A stretch of 47,094 bases of DNA from a virus (taxonomy: Duplodnaviria; Caudoviricetes), in IMG/VR virus record IMGVR_UViG_3300005601_000003, positions 1-47,094 of that record. One strand, written 5' to 3'. The notes below the pieces were generated by a model. It was given only the letters and a program-made list of their open reading frames with translations. It did no database searches and had not been told where the DNA came from. Shown piece after piece: positions 18,334 through 28,021 of the stretch. The translations under genes were made by a program, and so were the position numbers. Each line of letters begins with the position of its first letter. The first letter of the stretch is position 1.

Positions 18334-19554
18334 TTAGGGGTTAACGTCCTCAAGTGTCTGGACGTTCAGATTCTTCCAGTGGTGGTGGTAGGTGGGGTGA
18401 TGCACCTCAAGACCACACTCAGTCAGGTAGCCTGACTTGTCGCCATCAATCCCATTGTCCTGGAGTTGCGGCTGGTATTGAGTGTCACTGTCCACCAAGT
18501 ACCGATACTTGAGTTCGGCAGCATCGATAATCACCATGCTGGATTCCATGCCGGCATAGCCACTTGCACCACGCATCTGGTTAAAGAGCGGGTGAGTCTT
18601 CATCACGATTGTGCCGAACGGAGTCACAAACCGCATCACATTCATCCCGTACTCTTTGATACCGGTCTGGATGTTGAAGTGGCTGTTCTTCCGCACGAGT
18701 TGGTTGATGGTCAGGACCGCCCTGTTACCACACAGTGCCATCTTCTCGTTGCTACCTTCGAGGAAAATGCGATAGGCTTCTTCCTCCAGGTCTTCCATCC
18801 CCATACCACCGCTATACAGCGAGCCGATGTCACGCTTGTTGGCAGCGGCAATTTGGTTCAGGATACCACCTGTGGTGCGCCAAGGTTTACCATTACGGGT
18901 TCCCTCGAACTTACGACCGAAGATCAATGCACGCTCGATGTCCACACCGTGAACTTCCAAACACTCCCGCTTCATTTCCTTAACCTGATCACCAGTCCGC
19001 ACACGAGTTTTCTTCGCGGTACGAGTGGCTTCGAAGGTGTTCCGGAAAATCTGGGTGTAGTTGGATTTTTTGTTCGGGTCGAACTGGACACCGGTAGGTG
19101 CATCCGAGCCTTCTTCGTAAGCACTACCCACAACCACGAAGAACGGGTTATCCGTACCGTCTGCGGCAACTGCCGCTGCGGTAGAGCCCGCAAAGCCCCG
19201 AGTTACGGTAAGTGCGGTGTCGGCAGCGGGATCAGTGGATACAAACACCAGTTCCTCGCTTTCTTCCGACATCAACACATCACCCTGCTTGATACCGAAG
19301 GCACCGCCGCCGGACATCGTGAGGGTAGTTGCACCAACAGTCAACGCAGTGGTGATTTGTACCCGGCGTGTCTGCATTGCTTTTTCCCACCAATTGTACT
19401 CGGGGTCATCAGTAGACTCCGATTTCATCAGTGAAGTGAGGCCAGTCAACGGCATCATACCGTTGGGGTAGGCCATAAGGATGCCCGCGCGCCAGTTTAG
19501 AGGCCGGCCATCCGTCACGATATTATTCGTGTGCCGAAAACCTTGAATCGCCAT
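18334..19554 (-). CDS. Major capsid protein (SU10_MCP/DUF5309-like)
   Basis: YPNG..PLT, DDPEYNWWE, GSAYEEGSDAP, NYTQIFR, DIERALIFG, TTGGI, YLTECGLEV; strong AAGGAG RBS. Confidence 0.9.
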   Translation of the reverse strand: MAIQGFRHTNNIVTDGRPLNWRAGILMAYPNGMMPLTGLTSLMKSESTDDPEYNWWEKAMQTRRVQITTALTVGATTLTMSGGGAFGIKQGDVLMSEESEELVFVSTDPAADTALTVTRGFAGSTAAAVAADGTDNPFFVVVGSAYEEGSDAPTGVQFDPNKKSNYTQIFRNTFEATRTAKKTRVRTGDQVKEMKRECLEVHGVDIERALIFGRKFEGTRNGKPWRTTGGILNQIAAANKRDIGSLYSGGMGMEDLEEEAYRIFLEGSNEKMALCGNRAVLTINQLVRKNSHFNIQTGIKEYGMNVMRFVTPFGTIVMKTHPLFNQMRGASGYAGMESSMVIIDAAELKYRYLVDSDTQYQPQLQDNGIDGDKSGYLTECGLEVHHPTYHHHWKNLNVQTLEDVNP

Positions 19555-19589
19555 GTTACAAACTCCTTAATTAAGGTTATATCCTTCGG

Positions 19590-20693
19590 TTAGATTCCAA
19601 GAGTGTCGGAGATATCCGCCAACTCGTCTTTCTTACCGGAGGGTTTACTGCGCCCTGCACCGCTACCAGAGTTAAAACGCTGGCCGCTTTTACCGGGCTT
19701 TTTCGGGTCTGGGTCTTCATCTGGCCGCGGGCCTTGTCCACTCATTCCCAAAATTTTCTTAACGTGCGCCCCGAGGGTATCACGGAAGTTTTCATTCCAA
19801 CCCTGGACACCGTACTGTTGTGCCAGTTGCTTTGCTTGCATCTGCACAAAAAGTTTCAATTCAGGCTTATCCAGTTCAGGGAATTTGCCATAGAAATCGT
19901 TGGAGATGGCGGAGCGTTGTGTCTGTTCCTGAGTCTCGCGCTCGGAAACCTGTTTGAAGTTATCGACGGATTCCTTCAGGAGTTCCTCACGCAACGCCGC
20001 CATTTCCTGACGCATCTGAGCCAGCACATTGTAGTGGGTGACCTGCGCGATCCCGGTGGCGTATTCGGACAAGCCAGCCTGAACAGTCGCCGGATCGTCC
20101 GAAGAGAATTTCTGCATCACGTCCTGCGGCACCTTGAACTGGTACTGAGGCAGGCTCTTGAGAATTTCCTGATGCTGCTCTTGAGGAGACTTTTCGGCAG
20201 GCTTTTGCTGCCCGCCTTGCTGCCCGCCCCTGGCCCCCTGTGCCTGTTGCTGTTGGCGGTTGAGGAGTTCAGTAAGCTGCTGCACCTGATTCCGAAGAAG
20301 TTCCATCTCAGGATTTTCTTTCGCCTTCTGACCTGGCTCCTTCTCTCCCTTCGCCTTCGCAGGTTCTGCAGGTTTTTTGCCTTCAGGAGGAGTGGCTGGA
20401 TCATCACCTTCACCCTCGCCTTCTTCCTCACCCTTGACAGTAGGAGCGGCCTTCATCGGGTCATAGTTGAGGAACTCATCAAGATCGAAACCTTCACCAA
20501 AACCATCACCATCATCAGCCTCACCGGTTTCATTCAGGCCACCATCACCGCCATCCTGACTACCGCCCTCACTGCCTTCATCACCAGCTGGAGCACCATC
20601 GCCTGCTGCTGCCGGATCGCCACCTGCGCTACCACCACCTTCACCATCGGCAGGTGCGGCACTCTGCAAAATTCCGTTGATTTTAACGAGCAT
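19590..20693 (-). CDS. Capsid scaffolding protein
   Basis: Acidic, low-complexity N terminus, helical body, FYGKFPEL; directly upstream of the capsid gene. Confidence 0.75.
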   Translation of the reverse strand: MLVKINGILQSAAPADGEGGGSAGGDPAAAGDGAPAGDEGSEGGSQDGGDGGLNETGEADDGDGFGEGFDLDEFLNYDPMKAAPTVKGEEEGEGEGDDPATPPEGKKPAEPAKAKGEKEPGQKAKENPEMELLRNQVQQLTELLNRQQQQAQGARGGQQGGQQKPAEKSPQEQHQEILKSLPQYQFKVPQDVMQKFSSDDPATVQAGLSEYATGIAQVTHYNVLAQMRQEMAALREELLKESVDNFKQVSERETQEQTQRSAISNDFYGKFPELDKPELKLFVQMQAKQLAQQYGVQGWNENFRDTLGAHVKKILGMSGQGPRPDEDPDPKKPGKSGQRFNSGSGAGRSKPSGKKDELADISDTLGI

Positions 20694-20943
20694 AACTATC
20701 TCCAAAAGTTTTCAGGTTTTCTACTACTTGCTTCAACGTCCGCACTTCTGCTGCGGACATCTGGCACCTGATTCCGGTATGTTCAGGATTGAAAACACCC
20801 GAAGTTAAGTTGACCGTATGGAGTAGATTATTCTTCTCCTCGGCTTCATTGTCAAGAGCCTCAAGAACTTTCTGTCCCACGTTGGAGCCGAAAAAGTCCT
20901 CAACCGTCTTGATCTCACTTTCATCGAAACTCAGCTTCATCAA
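20683..20943 (-). CDS. Small protein between portal and scaffold
   Basis: 86 aa, overlapping both neighbours. Confidence 0.65.
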   Translation of the reverse strand: MMKLSFDESEIKTVEDFFGSNVGQKVLEALDNEAEEKNNLLHTVNLTSGVFNPEHTGIRCQMSAAEVRTLKQVVENLKTFGDSYAR

Positions 20944-23015
20944 AGTTCTCCTAGTTGATCAGCAAGAGCGGGGTCAATAGGACCCCCTCCTCCCGGCGTT
21001 ACTTGCGGTTGGCCTCCTTGTTGGGGCAGAGGCGGCATTGGGTTTCCTTGAGGACCCTGGCCACCCTGGCCTCCCGCGGATGGCTGCATTTGTGGAGCCC
21101 CTGGCATTCCGGCTCCGGGACCTTGGGGCTGGATTTCGATTTGGAAGTTTTCGAGGCCTTTCGCGCCTGCGAGGTCCCCGAGGTGGTTGACGAGTCTGAC
21201 GATGTCATAGCCTGCCCTCAATTCCTGATCTTGCATTATCATCTGTGTTACCTCAGAGAAGGCCTGCGCCATAGCAGCCTTGTCGATCGGCAACGTTCCA
21301 TCATGGACTGGGAAGTGGAAGTCGCCCACGAGCATATCCGGAGATACGAACTGAGCAGACTCTCGACCTTCCTCGCCCACAATCTGTACGTAGAAACCTT
21401 CGGTCAGGTTTTGCTGAATATTCAGCACCATCTGCTCTTGAAGGTCTACCATAGCTTGAGCGGAGATAAGTTTGGCGATGGACGCGAGGCGACTGGCCCC
21501 GGCCTCTCCCGAAATGCGGACCTCGGTGGCGGTCTTGCGTGAGCCCGCACTCTCGATACCCCGGAGGTTGTCATTGACCCCCGACATCACATCACCAAGC
21601 CGCTGGAATACCTGCAGTTCGGTGAGGTGGTTGGAGGTAACATCCTGAACCTGCAACTGCATGATGGCCTGCCGAACATCGGTGCCGCGGGCACTGGACT
21701 TGAGCCGAAGGAGTCTAGCCCCGCCGGGAACTTTATTGGCGAAGTCCTGCATCTCAATCCGGCCCGGATCAACCACGAAGGAGTTGTTGAGCACATCTCG
21801 CACATTGGCCGCATGGGAGTTGATCAACCAGCTCATGGTGTCCTGCATCGGCGCAAGATAGTCGGCAATGGCTAGATGCCCAAAACCGTAGCCCGAGGTA
21901 TAGGGTTCGGTAACGGCCACAGGATGCATTTCGTGATCGGCATCGAAGGGTTCCGCCTGCACGATTTGGCTACCGTTGAGGATGGTGAAGATCCACTTTT
22001 CCGGCCATGTGCGGTTGCTGAGGCCCAATTCGGCAGGAATGATCTCGATAGTGCCCTGATCTACTTGGTAGTAATCGACGCCACCGGTTTCTGTGTCCTT
22101 ATCGGCACTGAGGTTATCCCCATAGGCCCTTGCGTTCCGTACAGAGTCACCATTCCGGGTTTCGTTGCGCGTAGGACGCGGCCCCGCATAATCCACCCAC
22201 GAAAGGAGGCCATCAGCTTCCGCCCTCTTAATAGTATGCTTGCCTTCATAGGTTCTCCAGAATACATATTCCCCACGCCGATTAACCTCGGCCATAGGTA
22301 CGTTAGGGTCAGGGAAGAAGTTGAACGGGTCAACGCTGATGACCTCGTTACCTTCATATACCGTCCGGAGTTCTTTGGTGCGAGTTGATTCTCCCAGCCC
22401 CGCACTTTTCCAAACCGTCCGGTTGCGTAATTTAACTTGCCAGTTGGTGCGGAAGATGCCCACGCCGTAGAGCTGGCTGTCCCACATGAAGTTATAGAGA
22501 TGCCGGATAAATCGCATATGGTCGCAGTTGTATTGAAGGACCGATTCCATCAGCGGAACGGACTGTTGCATCTCGTTCTTGTAGCTGGAGAGAGGGAAGA
22601 TCGGCTTCCGGCCCGCGAAGGTATGTACGAGGTAGGTGACGATGGTGGACATCGTTGCGAACATATATGGCACAGTGATGGTTAGTTTAAGTTCCTCACT
22701 GAGTTTGGATTTTTTGAGGTCGCCCTTGTTGGTCAGGCGCTCGATGATACGTTTGTACTCGTCATCATCCACCGTGGCCTGAACCCGGAGTTCGTTGGCA
22801 GTCCAGCGGTCGTAGAACTGGCCCATTTTCCGCTCGGAATGTTGGATACGTTCCTTGAGGTAGTTGAGGACGATGGAGTGACGATCGCTGCCCGGCACGA
22901 GCAGATCGACCGGAGCCTTAGATTCTTCCGAATCCGTGATCCCCTTCCAGCTCGCTTTGGGCTTGTTGCCTAGGCCAGTGTCAACGCCGACTTCTTCCGT
23001 TTCATCTGTGAGCAT
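20940..23015 (-). CDS. Portal protein
   Basis: 691 aa; YGVGI, VDPFNFFPDP, KTATEV and a Gln/Gly/Pro-rich tail; located after terL. Confidence 0.85.
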   Translation of the reverse strand: MLTDETEEVGVDTGLGNKPKASWKGITDSEESKAPVDLLVPGSDRHSIVLNYLKERIQHSERKMGQFYDRWTANELRVQATVDDDEYKRIIERLTNKGDLKKSKLSEELKLTITVPYMFATMSTIVTYLVHTFAGRKPIFPLSSYKNEMQQSVPLMESVLQYNCDHMRFIRHLYNFMWDSQLYGVGIFRTNWQVKLRNRTVWKSAGLGESTRTKELRTVYEGNEVISVDPFNFFPDPNVPMAEVNRRGEYVFWRTYEGKHTIKRAEADGLLSWVDYAGPRPTRNETRNGDSVRNARAYGDNLSADKDTETGGVDYYQVDQGTIEIIPAELGLSNRTWPEKWIFTILNGSQIVQAEPFDADHEMHPVAVTEPYTSGYGFGHLAIADYLAPMQDTMSWLINSHAANVRDVLNNSFVVDPGRIEMQDFANKVPGGARLLRLKSSARGTDVRQAIMQLQVQDVTSNHLTELQVFQRLGDVMSGVNDNLRGIESAGSRKTATEVRISGEAGASRLASIAKLISAQAMVDLQEQMVLNIQQNLTEGFYVQIVGEEGRESAQFVSPDMLVGDFHFPVHDGTLPIDKAAMAQAFSEVTQMIMQDQELRAGYDIVRLVNHLGDLAGAKGLENFQIEIQPQGPGAGMPGAPQMQPSAGGQGGQGPQGNPMPPLPQQGGQPQVTPGGGGPIDPALADQLGEL

Positions 23016-23017
23016 TT

Positions 23018-23293
23018 TCAGTTTCCTCCAGGCCCAAACAAAATATCTTCAATACTTTCGGAATCCCCGAACTCCAAACCATCGACGGAAGAAGGGCTCT
23101 CCCAGAGGTCGCAGGTTCCAGTGGGAGAGATCTCGCCACGGACAAGGTCGCAACGGTCAGGTTCCTTGAAGTTTTCGCACCCGAGACAGTCCTCGCCCTC
23201 AATTCCGGGACGGTAGTTGACCTCACCCTTACGACGCGGCTCAGGCTTTTCGTCCGCCTGCATCGAGTCTTGTGTGTCGTTATCAATAGCCAT
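23018..23293 (-). CDS. HiPIP-like four-cysteine protein
   Basis: VNY...CLGC.NF...C..V.GEISPTGTCDLW follows the HiPIP Cys pattern; no signal peptide. Confidence 0.6.
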   Translation of the reverse strand: MAIDNDTQDSMQADEKPEPRRKGEVNYRPGIEGEDCLGCENFKEPDRCDLVRGEISPTGTCDLWESPSSVDGLEFGDSESIEDILFGPGGN

Positions 23294-24954
23294 TAATACA
23301 TACTCCCGAAACCGGAGGGTAGAGGTTCATACTCGTCTTCCTCGAGTGCGTTGGGGGAATCCACCTTGGTGCCACCGACCCAGGCCACATCATCCAACAG
23401 ACTCACAGCCATCGCTGCACTATCAGGTCCATCTTTCTTTCCGTTCGGCCAGTCAAGGAGTTGGGATTCATACTCCGGAAACGCCCGCTGATGTGTGATG
23501 TAGCCACTACTGTAGCGTGGATGGAGGAAACCTTCAATTCGCTCTTCCTTCTTGTTGGCGTGAGTGATTTTGGTCACCTCAAAATAGAGAGGCTTGGTGT
23601 GTTCCTTACTTTTCCGGAACATCTCCTCCTGCACAAGGTGGACGAGGGAGGCCTGATAAGCGATACTCTCGATGCCGTGTTTGTCGTCGGCCTCCAGCCC
23701 CCACTGAATTTTCATCTCGAAATATTTGTCGATCTTTTCCCTCGGGCTCGCCCCACGCTTCATCCAAATGTCGAAAATGTGTATAAGGCCCCCAGGAAAA
23801 ATCCCCAGTACGCAGATAGAAGCGAAATCTGCACGCCGGTCTTCGCTGATAGCCGGGTCCATAGCAATGGCAAGGCGGACAGCTTGAGTAGGATCACGGA
23901 ATTCATACCGGATGTACTCCGGCAGGAATTGGACTTGATCGGTTCCACGAATTTCATTCATCATCTCCCGGTAAAATTCAGCGAGCAGCCCGATACGGGC
24001 CATAGTTGCACGATCAGCCTCGAATTCTTCCAGGCTACAAGCCTGAGGCCAAAGTGGATCTCCGTCAGGGTCGATGGCCCCAAAGATAACAACGTTGTAG
24101 CGACCATCCTCCTGCAGAAGTTTTACAATCGCCTCCGGATGGAGAAGGGTTGCAAGGACCAGCATGTATGCATGTTTGTCGGTGCGGGGCAGGGCATAGC
24201 GCAGATCGCTGTAGTACCATGAGCGAAGTTTCTGGCGCTGCTCCGAAGTCCGAACGGAGTCTCGAGTCTCCAGGTCGTCCACAAGGATTCTTCGTGGCCT
24301 CTTACCATTGATGTTGGAGCCCCGGATTTGGCTGCCTGCACCCTTCGCCATCACGTCGATGCCGTTGAGGGTTTGGATGTGACCCTCGCTTTCACTCCAG
24401 GTGTAGCCACTGCGCTGCGCCGGCTTGAGTTCCCCGTAGACCGCCTTGAGCTTCTCGTTAGTGATAAGCTGCGTGGCGATGCTCGAGAGAAAGTTTTCCG
24501 AATGCGTGGCGGTGGCCGAAACGATCAGATCGAAGTCGGTGATTTTATAAACCATCCCCCAGAGTTCACAACCCATAGTGAGGGTGGTTTTGGAGAAACC
24601 CCTCGGAATCATGATGAGGGTGTTTTTGTTGATGACCATCTCGATGTTGGGCTTGCCATCCTCACCCTCCACCAGCGAAAAGATAAAGTGTTCTTCGGAG
24701 GTGTTGGGATCGGTCCACTTGAAGTGACGGAGGATTTTGCTCAGTTCCCGCTCACCATAGAGACACTCGCCGGCGGAATCGAATTCCCACTCCAGGAGAA
24801 AGTCCGGCTTGCGAGTCAAGATGGCAACAATTCCCCGATGCACCCAAGGCATGGTGTCAGGGAACCAATCGGTAAGAAACTCCCGCAGGAAAAACAGGGG
24901 ATTTTCATACCCCCGCTGCCATAGGTTGTTAACTTCGTCTTCGCTGAGTGCCAT
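23293..24954 (-). CDS. terL: Terminase large subunit
   Basis: IPRGFSKTT Walker A, QIRG..RP..ILVDDLE Walker B, nuclease motifs AMDPA, GIESIAYQ and KKDGPDS. Confidence 0.93.
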   Translation of the reverse strand: MALSEDEVNNLWQRGYENPLFFLREFLTDWFPDTMPWVHRGIVAILTRKPDFLLEWEFDSAGECLYGERELSKILRHFKWTDPNTSEEHFIFSLVEGEDGKPNIEMVINKNTLIMIPRGFSKTTLTMGCELWGMVYKITDFDLIVSATATHSENFLSSIATQLITNEKLKAVYGELKPAQRSGYTWSESEGHIQTLNGIDVMAKGAGSQIRGSNINGKRPRRILVDDLETRDSVRTSEQRQKLRSWYYSDLRYALPRTDKHAYMLVLATLLHPEAIVKLLQEDGRYNVVIFGAIDPDGDPLWPQACSLEEFEADRATMARIGLLAEFYREMMNEIRGTDQVQFLPEYIRYEFRDPTQAVRLAIAMDPAISEDRRADFASICVLGIFPGGLIHIFDIWMKRGASPREKIDKYFEMKIQWGLEADDKHGIESIAYQASLVHLVQEEMFRKSKEHTKPLYFEVTKITHANKKEERIEGFLHPRYSSGYITHQRAFPEYESQLLDWPNGKKDGPDSAAMAVSLLDDVAWVGGTKVDSPNALEEDEYEPLPSGFGSMY

Positions 24955-24955
24955 G

Positions 24956-25291
24956 TTATTTTGTCAACCGAGGTTTGGCAAGCAAGCGCCGAGATTCATG
25001 AAAGGTTCGGGTTCCCGAAGTTCCAGTTATCTCGGCCACGTATTCCACGCCCGGAGTGAGGTCTAATGTAGGGGGCAAGGAGACTCGATAGTTGCCCTTA
25101 CCCTCCTGCGCGAAACTAAACGGCCATGAAGGCAGGGTGGTGTCCACATTCCGCACGAGGCTAAGGGTTCCATCCTCCTCCCGGTTGTAGACGTTGAGGA
25201 CGAGCGCGGCTCCGCTGTTAAAGGCGCCGGTTTCATCCCGAACGCCCTTAACAACACAATTGTTGGTATTGCCGAGGATGTAAAAGTCCAT
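24956..25291 (-). CDS. Small beta-sandwich (Ig-like) virion protein, possible fibre base
   Basis: 111 aa, beta-rich (GNYRVSLP, GVEYVAEITG); last gene of the fibre cassette. Confidence 0.5.
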   Translation of the reverse strand: MDFYILGNTNNCVVKGVRDETGAFNSGAALVLNVYNREEDGTLSLVRNVDTTLPSWPFSFAQEGKGNYRVSLPPTLDLTPGVEYVAEITGTSGTRTFHESRRLLAKPRLTK

Positions 25292-25302
25292 CCCAGAGCC
25301 CC

Positions 25303-25698
25303 TTATGGCGCAGTGTAGCGGGCAACGAGGGTCTCGGCAGGGAAGTACGGTTGTTGGCCACTGGCAACTGCCTGTGAAGAGTCCAGCGCACCAAACCCGA
25401 TCATGCTGTCATCGGCATCATTGTACAGCACAAAGTGAGTGACCGTGCCCCAGGAGCCGGTGGCCTCCGGGAAGTCGACCTGCGCGTTGTTTTCCATATC
25501 GTTACCGGTGCGAGTCCAGTCGGCCGGGGCTGTTGCAACTTGTGCATAACCGTTGCCGCTGGGTTCTGTAATACCAGTTCCATCTACTGCAGGAGTAGTA
25601 GTTGAAAGCCCCACATTGATTGTGGTAGGGGCGGTCCAGGTAGCTTTGCCGAAAATGTGATCGAGCGCGGCCTGATTAATAGCGTTGGCGAAAGGCAT
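25303..25698 (-). CDS. Small fibre/decoration subunit, paralog of 29127..29516
   Basis: LSTTTP...EPSGNGYAQV...FPEATGSWGTVTH motif shared with 29127..29516. Confidence 0.7.
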   Translation of the reverse strand: MPFANAINQAALDHIFGKATWTAPTTINVGLSTTTPAVDGTGITEPSGNGYAQVATAPADWTRTGNDMENNAQVDFPEATGSWGTVTHFVLYNDADDSMIGFGALDSSQAVASGQQPYFPAETLVARYTAP

Positions 25699-25708
25699 GA
25701 TGAGTTCC

Positions 25709-27211
25709 TCACTCTGGTTTGAAGTAGATACTGTCCACGGTAAGGGCAGTATGCATGTAAATGTCTGAAGGAGTCAACCACCCCGAAGAATTCAAATTCG
25801 GTACAACAAGCTGACCCGATAGGAAATGAGCTTGGGTTAAGGGTTGTGGATTGAGGGCCTGGACGGAGTTGAAACCCCCCACGAGTTCCGAAGACTGTTG
25901 AAGAGTCCCGGCCAAGGCCAGGGCTTTGTTGAGAAATGCTTCAAACTCCGTGGCCTGATTTATCTGCCCCTCGAGACTCACCCTCACAACAAGCGAAGCC
26001 TCAAGAGTTGTAGGAGTCTCCATTGTGCCGGCTACTGCAACAGGAACTCTCAACCCACCTTGCAGTTCCGTAGCCTGTTCTACACTTCCTCCGAATACAA
26101 CTTCGCCTCCAACAAGAGCCCCGGTTAGGGCAACAGGCTGCGAGAGTGTGCCCCGGAGGATTGAGTTGTAGGAGAGGGTTCCAGAAAACTCTCCAACCTG
26201 CTCAAGGGTTCCCCCAAGTGCTATAGTCCCTGCCAGTGTACCGGACAACGTTCCGGCCTGTTGCAGGGTTCCGGCCAGAGGCTGCGCTACGACAAGAGTT
26301 GCGGAAAGAGTCTGGGGTTGCTCAAGGGTGCCGCCGAGCTGGGCGGTTTGTAGAGCAAGATTGGCGGTTAAGGTGGTGGCTTGGACTAGGGTTCCGGCCA
26401 ACGGCACACCAACGGCAAGGGCACCGTTAAAGGATGTGGCTTGCCCTATCGTACCGGCCAACGGAACGGCCACACTAAGGGCACCAGAAAGCGTTGAATC
26501 GCTATATACCGTTCCGGCCAACGCAAGCTCATTCAAAATTTCCGCATTGATAGTAGTGAGGGCGCCCCAGGTATAATCGGTGTCCCAGACTTGTGCCTGG
26601 AAATTACGGATTACAGTTTGTTCCACACGACCGTCGGGTAACACAGTGGTGTTAGGAGAGTCATCATGATAGACCTGCTGACCAGTAGCCGCAGTTCCAG
26701 AGCTGAGTTGGTAGAAGATAGAGTCCGCAGTGATTACGGGATCGACTACGTCAACGGCCTCCCAACCGTCTTCCGGCTCCAGTTGCACGTTTTCAAGTTC
26801 GGACTCGGTATCGTCATCGAGGGTTACCCGGAGGACGTAGTTCTCACCAAATTTCAAACCGCCCCGGACGACAGTAATGTCTACTTGAGAATTGGTAAGG
26901 GCAGTACCGGCTGCGCTAAGACTGCTAGTGGCGGCGAAGGCAGCAGAAGCCTCTACGTACTGTACAACAGAGGCAGAGGTCGCGAGTGTACTTACAACAG
27001 AGTATGCTGCTGCGGCCTCGTACACAACAGGTTCAGCGGCGGCACCAAGAGAACTCGAGGCTGTAAATGGGACGACACCCTCCACATATTCCTGAATCCG
27101 CACCCCTTCAAGATCGACCTCTGTACCGTCATCTAAAATCACACGGAGTACAAGAGTGTCATCGTTGAGCGGCAACGCCCCTTGTACTACAGTGATGTCG
27201 ATAGTAGACAT
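25709..27211 (-). CDS. Fibre protein with about twelve 20-aa beta-repeats and two half-Ig segments
   Basis: Repeats of the form LAGTLxQxxTLxGxL; a duplicated (I/V)DITVVxG...VLRVxLDDxTE segment. Confidence 0.7.
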   Translation of the reverse strand: MSTIDITVVQGALPLNDDTLVLRVILDDGTEVDLEGVRIQEYVEGVVPFTASSSLGAAAEPVVYEAAAAYSVVSTLATSASVVQYVEASAAFAATSSLSAAGTALTNSQVDITVVRGGLKFGENYVLRVTLDDDTESELENVQLEPEDGWEAVDVVDPVITADSIFYQLSSGTAATGQQVYHDDSPNTTVLPDGRVEQTVIRNFQAQVWDTDYTWGALTTINAEILNELALAGTVYSDSTLSGALSVAVPLAGTIGQATSFNGALAVGVPLAGTLVQATTLTANLALQTAQLGGTLEQPQTLSATLVVAQPLAGTLQQAGTLSGTLAGTIALGGTLEQVGEFSGTLSYNSILRGTLSQPVALTGALVGGEVVFGGSVEQATELQGGLRVPVAVAGTMETPTTLEASLVVRVSLEGQINQATEFEAFLNKALALAGTLQQSSELVGGFNSVQALNPQPLTQAHFLSGQLVVPNLNSSGWLTPSDIYMHTALTVDSIYFKPE

Positions 27212-27220
27212 AAGAGTTCC

Positions 27221-28021
27221 TTACGGTACGTTGTTCCAGGCCGTGACGGTTTGGGCTACGACAGTGGAGCCGTCGCTGGTCCGTAGCTCCACCCCGCCAG
27301 TGCCCTGGGTCGCCCCGATATCGCCGGTAATATTGATCGTGGCTGTTTGGCCGGGCTCCACAACGTTGTCGCCGTCAATGTCGTCGATGGTGGGGCCAGA
27401 AGTGCCATCAGGTATATTCAGCGCCAGGGTAGAGTTGTTTCGGCTGGACAGGTTGTCCCAGGTGAAGTCAACCGTTCGAGCAGTGTCCGCCTCGACGCCG
27501 TACACGAAGTCAATGTTGGTTGCAGTGATCTCGCTATCTTCGGCCGGATTGGCCAGATTGCTAAACCCTAGCGAGGCGTTGTCATGAAGAGAGCACGCGA
27601 ACGTTAGGGAGTCAGCAGATCGGGCCAAAGACACCGAACCGGTTGTTCCGGTTGAAATATTGCCAGATGCGGATAATGTCTCAACATCAACAGAACCGGC
27701 AACAGTAAAATACGCCGCCGCAATGCCTGTCTGGTTGCCACCAGAAAACGAAAGCGTCGTATTGCTCGCGGCGGCAATTTTGGTCTCGTTTAGTGCCCAA
27801 AAAGACAGCGACACATCATGGCCTGAGGATGCCGCGCCCTCTTGAACACCTATCTGGGTTAGCGACTGACCGCCCATTGAAACAGTGTCGGGGGCGCTTG
27901 CCTCGCCCGTACCAACGCTGTGCCCGATGGCAACAATAAGGCCTGTAGCCGCGCCAGATATTGTTATCGTCCCAGGGTAAGCGTCGGACGTTGTTAGCGG
28001 AGAGTCAACAATAGCAACCAT
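27221..28021 (-). CDS. Putative adhesin/decoration protein ending in a partial IPT/TIG domain
   Basis: Ser/Thr/Gly-rich beta protein; C terminus PTIDDIDG..VEPGQTATINITGDIGATQGTGGVEL...AQTVTAWNN. Confidence 0.6.
   Translation of the reverse strand: MVAIVDSPLTTSDAYPGTITISGAATGLIVAIGHSVGTGEASAPDTVSMGGQSLTQIGVQEGAASSGHDVSLSFWALNETKIAAASNTTLSFSGGNQTGIAAAYFTVAGSVDVETLSASGNISTGTTGSVSLARSADSLTFACSLHDNASLGFSNLANPAEDSEITATNIDFVYGVEADTARTVDFTWDNLSSRNNSTLALNIPDGTSGPTIDDIDGDNVVEPGQTATINITGDIGATQGTGGVELRTSDGSTVVAQTVTAWNNVP

Noticed and set aside
13351-20771. Long antisense ORFs 13351..14532, 18466..19434 and 19734..20771
   Set aside because: They lie opposite well-supported structural genes and show no protein-like features.
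25800-26530. Fibre repeats as a DGR or shufflon target
   Set aside because: The repeats are degenerate at the DNA level, and there is no reverse transcriptase, invertase or template/variable repeat pair.
3300-27223. Genome-wide stop-codon recoding suggested by in-frame gene pairs at 3300, 17290 and 27221
   Set aside because: TAA ends many clearly complete genes, the downstream ORFs have their own RBS-like sequences, and no suppressor tRNA was seen.
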